Shown: positions 1 to 10,809 of the stretch, piece by piece
Numbering within the stretch: position 1 is the first letter of the stretch
Layout of the letters: each line of letters begins with the position of its first letter
Assembly: GCF_006345805.1 (NCBI RefSeq)
Contig: NC_043013.1
Location: forward strand, 55,056,001 to 55,120,000
Source of the DNA: Octopus sinensis
Lineage: Eukaryota
Direction of reading: 5' to 3'
Length of the DNA: 64,000 bases
Program-made: the position numbers and the translations under genes
The notes under the pieces: generated by a model
What the model was told of the DNA's origin: nothing
The model's database searches: none
Seen by the model: the letters and a program-made list of their open reading frames with translations, nothing else

Positions 1-154
1 ACTCACAGAGGGGTTGGCGTTAGGAAGGGCATCCAGCTGTAGAAACACTGCCAGATCTGACTAGCCTGGTGCAGCCTTTGGGCTTCCCAGACCCCAGTTG
101 AACCGTCCAACCCATGCTAGCATGGAAAGCGGACGTTAAACGATGATGATGATG
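1..154 (+). mobile_element. 3' part of SINE/RTE-tail family ('family C') ending in (GAT)n
   Basis: GTTGGCGTTAGGAAGGGCATCCAGCTGTAGAAAC...CCATGCTAGCATGGAAAGCGGACGTTAAACGATGATGAT; the same sequence recurs at 1635-1828, 39160-39400, 45560-45780 and 55266-55645. Confidence 0.85.
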
Positions 155-621
155 TAAAATATGAAGAAATTATTGATCATCTGGTTTCCAGCTGATCAGT
201 TGCAGTTGTTATCAAAATAAGTTCCATCCTGGGACTTAAAACAGCAGCTTATCTGCCCAGAAATGTTTACAGGGAATAATAATAAATGAAGTGAGCCAAC
301 AAGAAGCATCACTATCAAGCAGATAGATTTACAGTGGTTAATAGCAGCGAGAAATATTTTCACTGGGTCTCCCAAATGGACCCAAAGTTGCTGTTTGTTT
401 ACTGGTTTTATCTTTGAATAAACACCAGCATCATGAAGCAAGAGATAATATTAACCAGAGCGTTGTATATACTTTGGCACACCCAAATAGAAGAAACAGG
501 AATACAATTTAAATTTATACTCAAACTTATCCATCCAAAACTCTATATCATAAGTTTTAGACATTTATCAGAGAAAGCACAAGTAGCTGTTCAGGATTCT
601 TTAAAAAAATATTCAGCATAT

Positions 622-723
622 AGGCACAAGAGTGGCTGTGTGGTAAGTAGCTTGCTTACCAACCACATAGTTCTGGGTTCAGTCTCACTATATGGAGGCT
701 TGGGCCAGTGTCTTCTACTATAT
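622..723 (+). mobile_element. tRNA-derived SINE ('family A'), 5' half, interrupted by PLE insertion
   Basis: GAGTGGCTGTGTGGTAAGTAGCTTGCTTACCAACCACATAGTTCTGGGTTCAGTC head matches full copies at 3587 and 29993. It stops at CTACTATA and resumes at 2469. Confidence 0.8.
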
Positions 724-877
724 ATGTATATAGTATTAATAAAATAGATGGAATAAAAGATTTTATTTAGTATGAACACCAAGTGATAATAAAATGATAA
801 TACCAACAGCCAAAATACCAAACAGAAACAATCCCTCCAGCACTCGATGTTCATAAGCCACCAAAATCAAACCGTTA

Positions 878-1308
878 TGCTCATGCCGAGATAGATCCAA
901 TTGCCCTTTGGATAACCAATGTATGACTAAGAATGTCGTATACAAGTGAACTATAAACACTCGAAGAGGCTTCTACGTATATACTGGGGCATCAGCCGAT
1001 TTTTTCAAAAATTGATAGTGTAGCCACATTGCCGGCTTTTGAAATATCCTTAAATGACATGTAACATCACTGGTTGTTTTATCTGGTGGCTTAAGGAAGC
1101 AAAGACAAAATACGACCTTACACGGTCCACACTTAGATACATGAGTCCCTACAACACTATATCCCGCAAATGCCAATTATGCTCCAAGGACACACTCTCG
1201 ATAATGTTGAGAAAAGAGCACATTATAAATAAATTCACGGAACAATTACCCAGATGCCTACATGCAGCTAAACACACATTTACATACTACAATCCAGATC
1301 ATGCATAA
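878..1308 (+). pseudogene. Degenerate PLE Cys-rich linker + GIY-YIG endonuclease C-terminus
   Basis: Translation CSCRDRSNCPLDNQCMTKNVVYK*TINTRRGFYVYTGAS...(stops, frameshift)...FIWWLKEAKTKYDLTRSTLRYMSPYNTISRKCQLCSKD...INKFTEQLPRCLH resembles the typical PLE pattern CNCRxxxxCPLxGxCLxxNVVY...YIG...YIWxLK...CxLCxxEK...LNKRxELxSxCRH. Confidence 0.8.
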
Positions 1309-1407
1309 TTTAATATATACATGGCACTCACAACTCTTAATACATATGAACTTGAGGAACCATATTTGAATAATCTGTATTTGACATATGATCTTGCAAT
1401 CTAGATC

Positions 1408-1415
1408 CATATATG

Positions 1416-1467
<52 letters not shown>

Positions 1468-1625
1468 CTGTATATGTATATATGCCTGTATATGTATGTA
1501 TATATATATATATATATATGTATGTATATATATATATGTGTATGCATATATGTGTATGTGTATATATGTATATGTGTGTGTATGTGCACGTGTATGTGTA
1601 TATGCATGTGCACCTGTATATATGA
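1408..1625. repeat. Compound (TA)n/(TG)n/(TATG)n microsatellite
   Basis: Directly visible; source of the YI/CV/HT-rich ORFs. Confidence 0.95.
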
Positions 1626-1634
1626 GTTCCTATA

Positions 1635-1828
1635 CATCATCATCATCATCATCATCGTTTAACGTCCGCTTTCCATGCTAGCATGGGTTGGACGGTTCAA
1701 CTGGTGTCTGGGGAGCCCGAAGGCTGCACCAGGCCAGTCAGATCTGGCAGTGTTTCTACAGCTGGATGCCCTTCCTAACGCCAACCACTCCGAGAGTGTA
1801 GTGGGTGATTTTATGTGCCACCGACACA
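1635..1828 (-). mobile_element. Family C SINE/RTE-tail copy, inverted relative to 1-154
   Basis: (CAT)n-CGTTTAACGTCCGCTTTCCATGCTAGCATGGGTTGGACGG...; 4 mismatches to 12-154 over 143 nt. Confidence 0.9.
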
Positions 1829-2234
1829 TATATATATATATATATATGTATAAGTCCATACATGTGCTTATGCACATGTATCTTGTTGTATTATATACCC
1901 ATTTACTTGGACGTGCATGTGTGAGTGTGTATGTATAAGTGCTATATATGTATGTGTGTGTATGTATATGTGCATCTAAGCACAAATACAAAAAAAATTT
2001 CTGTCTAAGTATTATCTCCCTTTCATCTACTTCTTTTCTTTTTCTTAACAGTTATAACATTGATGGCTCATTAAATTATTTTCTCTAAATTAGAATGTAT
2101 AATTTTCACGTCCATATTTGAAACTTTGCATTTCAATTTTTCGCCGTTTTTTACTCATTCCCAAAGTTGATGGACATATAGTGATTCGTAAAACCGAATC
2201 AGAAAATCTTTAGGGAGACTTTCTATTTTTTAAA

Positions 2235-2291
2235 TTTATTTATGTACCCGAAGAGACCCAGAACAGGTCGAAACGTGTCTTACTAAATAAA
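2235..2291 (+). ncRNA. Type I minimal hammerhead ribozyme of PLE pLTR (probably inactivated)
   Basis: Stem I 5' TTTATTTA(T)GTAC; core CCGAAGA (CUGANGA with U4>C); stem II GACC-cagaaca-GGTC; GAAAC-gt-GTC; stem I 3' TTACTAAATAAA (11 pairs, one bulge, first pair mismatched). Confidence 0.8.
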
Positions 2292-2436
2292 ATCTTTTAT
2301 TCCATCTATTTTATTAATTCTGTTACCCCAACTGCCACTACAAAGTTCCTGCAATAAATCTACAGATAACAACAAATAATCAAAAATGTGCTGTTACTTT
2401 ACTCATCATCTATTTATACATTTTGTATAATTTCTC

Positions 2437-2468
<32 letters not shown>

Positions 2469-2472
<4 letters not shown>

Positions 2473-2522
2473 CCTTGTGAGTGGATTTAGTAGATGGAAA
2501 CTGAAAGAAACCCATCATATAT

Positions 2523-2554
<32 letters not shown>

Positions 2555-2716
2555 ATTGTATCTGTGTTTGTACCCCACCCCACACCATTGCTTGACAACC
2601 AATGTTGGTGGAATATGTACTAGGTTTACAAAGAACAAGTATCCTGGGGTCGATTTGTTCGACTAAAGGCGATGCTCCAGTATGGCCACAGTCAAATGAC
2701 TGAAACAACTAAAAGA
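2469..2716 (+). mobile_element. Family A SINE, 3' half
   Basis: AAAGCCTTGTGAGTGGATTTAGTAGATGGAAACTGAAAG...GCTTGACAACC...GGGGTCGATTTG...CAGTCAAATGACTGAAACAA. Confidence 0.85.
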
Positions 2717-3586
2717 ATTGAACTTGTCTATGACCAAGAAGTTCCCACAGGGAACCTATATTTATTTGTGTTACATACAATATGGTTCACAGGAACACAA
2801 GTAAATGCAGGTGATACACTTTCTAACCTTTTCAAACATGAAAATCAATGTATTTTTAACAGTTCTTTTAACCAGAATTTACCATTAATAACTGAGTAGT
2901 GTATAACCAAGTGGATCCCTATTCAATCAGAATTCTAGAACTCTCTTATATACAGTTCTGATGCAATGGTGGAAATATGGAAAATTCAACACTGGAATCT
3001 ATTGATTATTCACACCATGTACATACGGCTATACTACTAACATATGTGTGTATAACTTTATACATATATGTTTATACATGCAAGTATGTGTGAATGTATC
3101 TATACAAGTGCTATATATACACTTATACAATCCCCTCTCTCTCTACACACACATGCTTGCATACATTACATATACACTTATATACATACTGTATATAAAG
3201 CAGGTGGCCTTTCGAATTCTGAGTGAAGCTATCTTTTTTTCTTTTTCAAATCATGTTTTAAAGATATTTTACTGCTTCTAAATATATTTCTCAAAGCAAA
3301 TTTCTATACCCAGAACTTTTGAAGAAAAATTTATTTTGCAAATATATGCAAGTTCAGTATCATTCCTTTTGCGTGAATTTGTGAAGTGTTCAAAGAAATA
3401 GAGTACAAATGTGGCTGACTTGTGTAACAAGTGCAACTCACTTCTACAAATGCAACTAACTTTTGAGGTAAGTGCAGCTAACTTCTGCAATGAATGCAAC
3501 TGGCTCCTACCAAGTGCAGCTGCATTCTACTGCAATAACTGCGTTTAAAAACGAATCTGTAATCATAATTTTGAAAACAATTAAAA

Positions 3587-4005
3587 GGAGCGGCTGTGTG
3601 GTAAGTCACTTGCTTACCAGCCACATGGTTCCGGCTTCAGTCCCACCTTGTGGCACGTTGGGCAAGTGTCTTCTACTATAGCCTCGGGCCGACCAAAGCC
3701 TTGTGAGTGGATTTGGTAGACGGAAACTGAAAGAAGCCCGTCGTGTATATATAAAGATATATATATATATATATGCATGTATGTGTGTGTGTATGTTTGT
3801 GTGTCTATGTTTGCCCCCCCCCAACATTGCTTGACAACCGATGCTGGTGTGTTTACGTCCCTGTAACTTAGCAGTTCGGCAAAATAGACTGATACAATAA
3901 GTACTAGGCTTACAAAGAATAAGTCCTGGGGTCCATTTCTTCGACTAAAGGCGGTGCTCCAGCATGGCCGCAGTCAAAACCGAAACAAGTAAAAGAGTAT
4001 AAGAG
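3587..4005 (+). mobile_element. Family A tRNA-derived SINE, near full length
   Basis: tRNA-like head, internal (TA)n(TG)n, tail GTAAAAGAG; collinear with 29993-30427. Confidence 0.9.
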
Positions 4006-4083
4006 AAAGGAGAGGTATAACATTTCCGTTGTTGTATCAAGGTAAGTTTGACATTCTTGCTGTCATTTAATGAAACCTGAGAA

Positions 4084-4299
4084 TCTTTTCTACTCTAAGC
4101 ACAAGGCCTGAAATTTTGGTAGGAGTGGTCCAGTCGATTAGGTTGACCCCAGTGCATAACTGGTACTTAATTTATCAACCCCAAAAGGATTAAAGACAAA
4201 GTCGACCTCAGTGGAATTTGAACTCAGAATGTAAAGACAGATGAAATACTGCTAAGCATTTCGCCTGGTGCGCTTACATTTCTGCCAGCTCACTGCCTT
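4084..4299 (-). mobile_element. tRNA-derived SINE ('family B')
   Basis: Reverse complement of GGCAGTGAGCTGGCAGAA...TTCTGAGTTCAAATTCC...GTCGACTTTG...GATAAATTAAGTACCAG; recurs many times in the window. Confidence 0.85.
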
Positions 4300-4699
4300 A
4301 TGAAAACTAATGATCATGAGGGCCATTGCATTTGACAGAGTACCCTTTGTGTGGCAGTTTGGTCGCATAGTTGAGTAAGGCTTTTGGAAGTAGAGAACCT
4401 AAGGAACAATGAAACAGAATTACTTGTAAGAATACTTAGTATCAGGCATAAGTGAGGGAACTTGCTTCGGGGCTGCAAACCCAGGTCTAACCCTAAATGT
4501 TCAAAGCATTTTCATTGCTCCACCAAAAATTATAGGGCTGCAAAATCATCTCCCGTTCCTGAGTCTCTGGCTTTAGGATTTCGTTAGAGGTCTTGACCAA
4601 AAATTCCAGCAGATATATAAGTGACCACTTTGTTTACTTGGCACAGCAAATCTAAAACAGCATGTTTATTTCTACAGCTGAAAAACTAGTAATCTCTGC

Positions 4700-5950
4700 T
4701 ATTACCATTATGGTATTTTTCAATCAAGTTCTTCATTATATGCACCACTATGAACCCCCTACCACTACTTCACAAATTTGGGTTTTTTTCTGTTGTTTAA
4801 TCATTTTTATGCCATCCTTGTACAATTCACTGAATACAATTTTTGTATTTCTCTGCACAAATTTCCTAAATATTTCAAAGTTTGTCTTTGTCTTTTTTGC
4901 TCTAGCTCTCTCTCTTCATTCTTTATCACCAACATAGTTTCCCTTCTAACTTGATTATGCATCAGGCATGAGATATCTCTCTCTCTTATCTCTCATCATA
5001 GTCTCTAAGCATTCCCATAATCTTTCTTTCCTTTCTTTCATCAACCATAGTTTTCTGGTCATTGGTATTTCAGGATTAATTCTACATCTCATTTTATCAC
5101 TTTCCTGAAATTCTCAACAAGGAATATATTCATTTATTACCTTTGGAATTTACCCATAAAACCCTGTCTCATATTTCGTCCACATAATTTACTCCCTAAA
5201 TGCACTCACCAATTTATCTCTAGTTTCAGTTTCAGAACTGCATTGTCGGCTTTCTCATTGAGGAAACCCATTCTTTTAACTCCTCCATCTGCTAGTTTTG
5301 CATCACATTTGAAATGATTGCCATCATGGTAACTTTAGCCTAATGGACTCATTATACATACATCATCCAACAATCCCTTCATCTTCACAAATTACTAAAT
5401 CAAGAACGTTTTCCTTTTCATTACTCCTGAATCTTGTTATGTCACGAACATGCTGTGTTAAATAACAATCTCTCTCTCCATATATTCATATTCTAGAGTA
5501 CCTTCTCCTGAAGCCACTGATTTCCAATCAAATTACAATTCCCCCATCACTAATTTACTCTTGGTTCCATACTCATTAATCTCCTGTAATAACTTCAAAA
5601 TCCTATGTTGTTGTCATTGTTTTTGTTAGGACTTCTATCAATGGACACCATTAACACGTCATTATTTCTGATTTTTTTCCCTCTTTCTGCTAGTACACTT
5701 GCAGAGATATTTCTCAAATTCTACCTTGCATAACATAAAATAACATGCCTCTATATTCTTTATTATTTGTTGTATGATTTTTATGATAATTCTTATCTTT
5801 CTACATCAGATTTCAAAAATAGTTGCCCAAATCTAAAAAAAAAATTGATTTAACTTTTGAAATTCCAGTCACATCCACTAACTGTTTAATTTCCTCAGGT
5901 TTATCACATCTGCATTATTGAACATTACCTAAAACTGTTAGCATCATCAA
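4700..5950 (-). mobile_element. Old CR1-type LINE fragment (APE endonuclease + linker)
   Basis: Minus-strand translations with stops and frameshifts: DRSPN..NNI, LLQEINEYGTKSKLVMGE, VLDLVICEDEG..DDVCIMSPLG*SYH, HNQVRRET..KTNFEIFRKFVQ. These match the CR1 APE motifs YRSP / MGDFN / LDLV / PLG.SDH and the RNQV..FWKYV linker. Confidence 0.7.
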
Positions 5951-6582
5951 TGTTTTTTTTCTTTTCTGACTTATTCTCATTTCCTTCTTGAACGTTGAAC
6001 CCATCTTTTCCAACCTCCTCATTCATCTCTCCTCACTCTTCCTTCATTGTTATTCTACCACATTCACATGTAATGGTTCAATATTCACTTCAGATCTCTC
6101 TTCACATTCAGTACAGGACATTCTCAAGGATTGTCCTTGACCATGAAAAAAAAAAAAAAAATCCCAGAATTCTTTTCAACTTCATTCCTATCTTTAGCCT
6201 TCCTTCTCAGTTTTTTTTTTCCTCTTTTATCTCTCCTTTGTCATGTGACATCCCAGTATTTCTGTACACTCTCACCTCTGCTTCCTTGCTATTCTACACC
6301 TTTCTTATGATTCTTACCTTCAATTCATCATCTGCTCTCCCATTCATACCAATCCTATTCAGACTCTCAACATTACTCACTGAACAATTTCTATTTTCTC
6401 AGGATATTCTTTTCTTTTTCCTATCTTTCCTGTTCGGTCTCTAAGTTCAAATCTAGGATGCCTTTCTGATTTAACAGGCTCTGGATTTACTGATTTATTT
6501 ATTAACTTATTATTAACTACCTACTCCTCCCAATATCTTAAATCGCAAGACATATTTGTTGCTTATACTGGCCAGGTCCCAT

Positions 6583-7211
6583 TTAACCCTTCAGCACTCA
6601 GAATACTCAGTCAAATGTAATACTCATTCTTTCACATTGTTTTCAAATAATTATGCATTATTTTTTTAAGCTTTGAGATTTCAATGAAGTGATTATTTAT
6701 GTTTTGAAGGATATTATCAAATGGGTGTGAGAGGCCTGATCTGGCCAGTCTTCATATATAAAAGTAAGGTTGTGTGTCTGTCTCCTACGATTTAGATTCC
6801 TAACTACTCTCACATTTTGCGGTGCAGTTTAACCAAAACCGGGTATCTTATAGTCGTGATTCATATCGAGCCCTTCTGGGTATTAGAGTGCATCTACGAT
6901 GAGTCTACGATTTTAAAAATAATTTACCATCATTTTTTTCCATTTTAATGCATTTTGTCGCTATTATATAAGGGAAGTAACTCTCTAAAACTGTCTACAA
7001 TGAGTCAACGTTTTAAAAAAAATTTACCATCATTTGTTTTCCATTTTTAATGCATTTTTTTGCTATTTTTTGCCTATAACTCTCTAAAAATGCTTATATA
7101 GTTATTTCCCTTACAAACCCGAGCAACACCGGGTGATACTGCTAGTTTGCATATAAAACAAAGTAGAACATTTTGGGCCAGATTCGACTGGTTTAAATGC
7201 TAAGGGGTTAA
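6583..7211. mobile_element. piggyBac-type MITE with TTAA TSDs, interrupted by a Helitron
   Basis: TTAA|CCCTTCAGCA ... TGCTAAGGGG|TTAA; uninterrupted relative at 34215-34442. Confidence 0.75.
6749..7145 (+). mobile_element. Non-autonomous Helitron
   Basis: 5' TC(TTCATATATAAAA), 3' hairpin ACCCG-agcaacac-CGGGT (7117-7134) then CTAG (7142-7145), no TSD, internal ~100-bp tandem duplication (6893-6992 / 6993-7092). Confidence 0.75.
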
Positions 7212-8007
7212 CCACACAAGTGGAGAAGAGTAGGGGACCTTCTGAGTGTTGGCAGCTATTATAAGTGACTATGTCACATTTCTATAGTTATTACTCATTG
7301 TGTATATGTTTATTGGTCTGTGTGTGTGTGTGTGTTAATCATATCTGAATTAATGTTTATAAGAAGAACCACTTTGTTTTCTGTTTACCACATGATGGTA
7401 AACATTCAGCTACTTTTTGACAATGAGCATTTCCTGGTCAAGTAAATGGCCTACTAATGGAATTAGTGAGTAAGTAATTGAGTAAACCCTTAATGTAATT
7501 CAGGAGCTGCATCAACATGAAATAAAATATGGACCTTTAAATTACAGGTACAATCCTTCGAATAGGCTTCCACACAATATCCATCTCCTCACTTTCACTC
7601 TAAAGGCTTGGCTAAACATGAAAGCAATGGTAGAAAGTAGTGGTTCAAGTTCTCTGTGGGATCATTGCAAAGTAAGACTTCTTAACCACTCAGTTACACC
7701 TGTGTTTATAAATGTCACCAAGGGATACAATATGTGAAATACCTATCTCTGTTGCTACTGTTACTAATGAGAAAAGAAGTACTTGAACTCCAGCCCCACA
7801 TATTACTGTCAACTAATAATGGTGTTTTACACAACAGGAGCCTCAAAACCACTGCCTTGTCAGACCCAAACCATAATTCTATTGCAATTTATACTACAAA
7901 ATTAATCAAAATTACCATTCACATCAAATGTTATAACTATAGAAAAGAGAAATCTTAAGAACACAATAACAACACTTTTGTAATGACAGTTGGGATGCAT
8001 AAAACAG

Positions 8008-8210
8008 TTATAGGTATAAGGCCTGAAGTTTGGGAAAGGAGTCTAGTCGATTACACTGACCCCAATATTTCACTGTACTTAATTTATCGACCCAGAAAGG
8101 ATGAAAGGCAAAGCTGACCGTGGCAAAATTTGAACTCAGATCGTAACAATGGGCGAAATACTGCTAAGCATTTCATCCAGTGTGGTAACAATTCTGCCAG
8201 CTTGCCACCT
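8008..8210 (-). mobile_element. Family B SINE
   Basis: Same core (AATTTATCGACCCAGAAAGGATGAAAGGCAAAG...GAACTCAGA). Confidence 0.8.
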
Positions 8211-9457
8211 TTTGGCTACATAAAAAAAAAATGTTACACTAACCCCAACCTCTCAACTGGCTGATTACAACAACCCCAGTACAAGACTGGTACCTATTTT
8301 TTTAACCCTGAAAAGATGAAAGACTAAGTCAGAATTTGAACTCTCTACGTAATGATGGGTGAAGTGCTGTTAATGGCTTTGTCTGCACACTACTTTAGTC
8401 ACTAATTACATATTAAATTTTTTATTATGATTAATACAGAATCATAAATATTATTAACACTTATAAATAATTAAATAAGTTTTGAACATTCTTCTATCTT
8501 TGCTGCTCTCCTAAGCAAAGGTGTTATGTTATAGAATGGATATGTGTTTATAGTTCTTCAGATTCTCTGCATTAAGGACAGACTGAGTTCTAAAGAAAAC
8601 ATATTTAATGCATCTGAAATTCTAAGCTTCCAATTTACTGAGAACTTTTTTTTCTCTTAGATGTTTATGCAGTACTTCTTATGCTGTCTTGTAGTGATAC
8701 TTCAACATGGTAAGATATCTGTTTCATTTTAAATATATCATTTTCTAGTAAAAGATAGGAAAAAAAAAACCAAACAAATTATCACAATATTCTTAGAAAT
8801 TAATAATTTAAATAGAAATTTTAGTTTTACAAAGAAGCGAAGAACACCAGAAAATTTGATAATATAAAATGCAACTAGGATTGGTATGTTTACTGAAAAC
8901 CATCTGAAAATGTCTCTTCCCCTCTCTCATACACACTCATAACAAACACATATAAGCACATACACATGAAAACACATAATACCATGTAAGTGCACACACA
9001 CACACACACACACACACACAACTAAATCTCTGTTGAGAGGTTAATATATCCTATTCTTTTCACAACTTCTATTGTATCATTTCGCTTTCTAGAGATAAAA
9101 GCAGGTAAATAAATCCCTACCATTCCTATATCAAAGAATTTTCCTGATACCATAAACTGGGACCAGATGGACATTTAGAAATTCGTTAAAGTATGAACAT
9201 GCTTAAGGTATATTTATTCCCCTGGGTATTTTGTTCCTGGAAGGAAGCAGTTTTATTGCCAGTCAGTCTTAATAAAATGAAGAAAGTGTACTTAAGGTTT
9301 GAATTAGTGTGAAACTTGAAACTAACATAAAAGTAGCAACGTATTCTTGAGAAAAATGGTTGAAAGAATTGAGGAATGAAACAAAGTTTGATAAAAGCTT
9401 TGGAAGTAACACCTTAACAAATGAAGATTATACTGTACTGAATGATAATAATAATAA

Positions 9458-9670
9458 TCCTTTCTATTGGAAGCACAAGGCCTCAAATTAAGGGGAAGGG
9501 ATTAAGTCGATTACATCGACCCCTGTGCGTAACTGGTACTTATTTAATTGACCCCAAAAGGATGAAAGGTAAAGTCAACCTTGGTGGAATTTGAACTCAG
9601 AACATAGCGAAGCTGAAATGCCACTAAGCATTTCGTCCAGCATGCTAACGATTCTGCTAGCTGGCCACCT
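9458..9670 (-). mobile_element. Family B SINE
   Basis: Same core; (AAT)n on both sides. Confidence 0.85.
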
Positions 9671-9727
9671 CAATAATAATGATAATAATAATAATGATAA
9701 TAATAATAATGATAATAATAAAGAACA

Positions 9728-10100
9728 TGTATGATTATCGACATAGCATGTCCCAGTGACAACAGGATCAATGTGAAAGAAGAAGAAAAAATAAACAACT
9801 CTGACGATTTGAAGTGGGAAATACAAAGGTTGTGGTCAATGAAGAGAGTAGATGTGATAGCAATAGTAATTAGTGCAGTTGGGAGTACCAGTACTCAACT
9901 ACTAACATGGCTGAAAAAGATCAGTGCAAAAAAAAAAGCATTGCTTGAAACTGCAAGAATTCTTGGCAGGGTTCTTGGAGCATGACCAATAAACAAGTGT
10001 CACCTTAGTCTGCTGGCTGTGGGACAACTGACACTTTCCATCATAACCAGCAAAATAAGCTGTGAGTTTCCATATGATAATAATAATAATAATAACAATA
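9728..10100 (+). mobile_element. R4/Dong-like non-LTR retrotransposon 3' end (REL endonuclease C-terminus)
   Basis: ORF IIDIACPSDNRINVKEEEKINNSDDLKWEIQRLWSMKRVDVIAIVISAVG...KALLETARILGRVL fits the REL D..P...KEKxxKY.DL..E..RLW..V.G.LG...ALLGTARILR pattern; (TAA)n tail. Confidence 0.8.
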
Positions 10101-10754
10101 CTTTGTGCAAAACCAAATATATGGCACCCTAGCCATAACACCAACTTGAACGTCTAACTTGTTGTCTCATGAGGTCCCTGAGTGAGACTTGAAATCCACT
10201 GATACAAATACAAAGCAAAAGTCAAACATATAATAATAACAACAATGATAATCCTTTCTACTGCAGGCACAAGGCCAGAAATTTAGGGCAGGGAGAAAGT
10301 CATTTGCAGCGAAGTCAGTACTCAACTGTTATACTCATTTTACCGAGTCCCTAAAAGATGAACTCAGAATGTAAAGAATGAAAAACAAAATTATTTTTGC
10401 ATAAAACATTACATCAGTTTGGGAGTTGTGTTGTCCAGAAGCTATTTTAAAGGGGCAAAACATGTGAAGAACATCAGAAGTTTAATATTTCACAGTACAG
10501 AATTATTATGTTTACTGAAAATGACCTGAAGTTGCCCCTGATCCAGAATGAATTTTTGAATATTAATAACTGAATGTCATATTTTTTATCCATGTTCTTT
10601 TCATTGCAGTTTTAGCTGCTGTTGCTACTATTTTGGTGGATTAGAAATTAAAAACAGGCAGGTCACAAAAATTTAAACTAAAAGGATATTTTCTGAAAAA
10701 GAAATGAAATATAAATTACTTCTAAAAAAAAATTAAGGATATATTCTGTATTAT

Positions 10755-10809
<55 letters not shown>

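Larger units (their letters stand above)
735..2440 (+). mobile_element. 5'-truncated Penelope-like element (GIY-YIG region + 3' pLTR with hammerhead), with internal microsatellite and SINE insertions
   Basis: Degenerate GIY-YIG coding remnant (878-1308), hammerhead at 2235-2291 and a 38-bp perfect inverted repeat (735-772 vs 2281-2318). Confidence 0.8.

Noticed and set aside
196-441. 81-aa minus-strand ORF as a gene
   Set aside because: No recognisable motif and no convincing splice sites in the open frame.
1388-1991. Cluster of YI/CV/HT-rich ORFs (likewise 14171-14482, 26156-26699, 29431-30568, 47650-48133)
   Set aside because: Read-through of dinucleotide and trinucleotide microsatellites and SINEs.
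3402-3467. 66-nt in-frame exon with GAG|GTAAGT donor
   Set aside because: The acceptor lacks a pyrimidine tract and the donor is part of the TGCARCT repeat unit.
5995-6444. 149-aa F/S/L/I-rich ORF, longest in the region
   Set aside because: Antisense frame of purine-rich sequence adjoining the CR1 fossil; low complexity.
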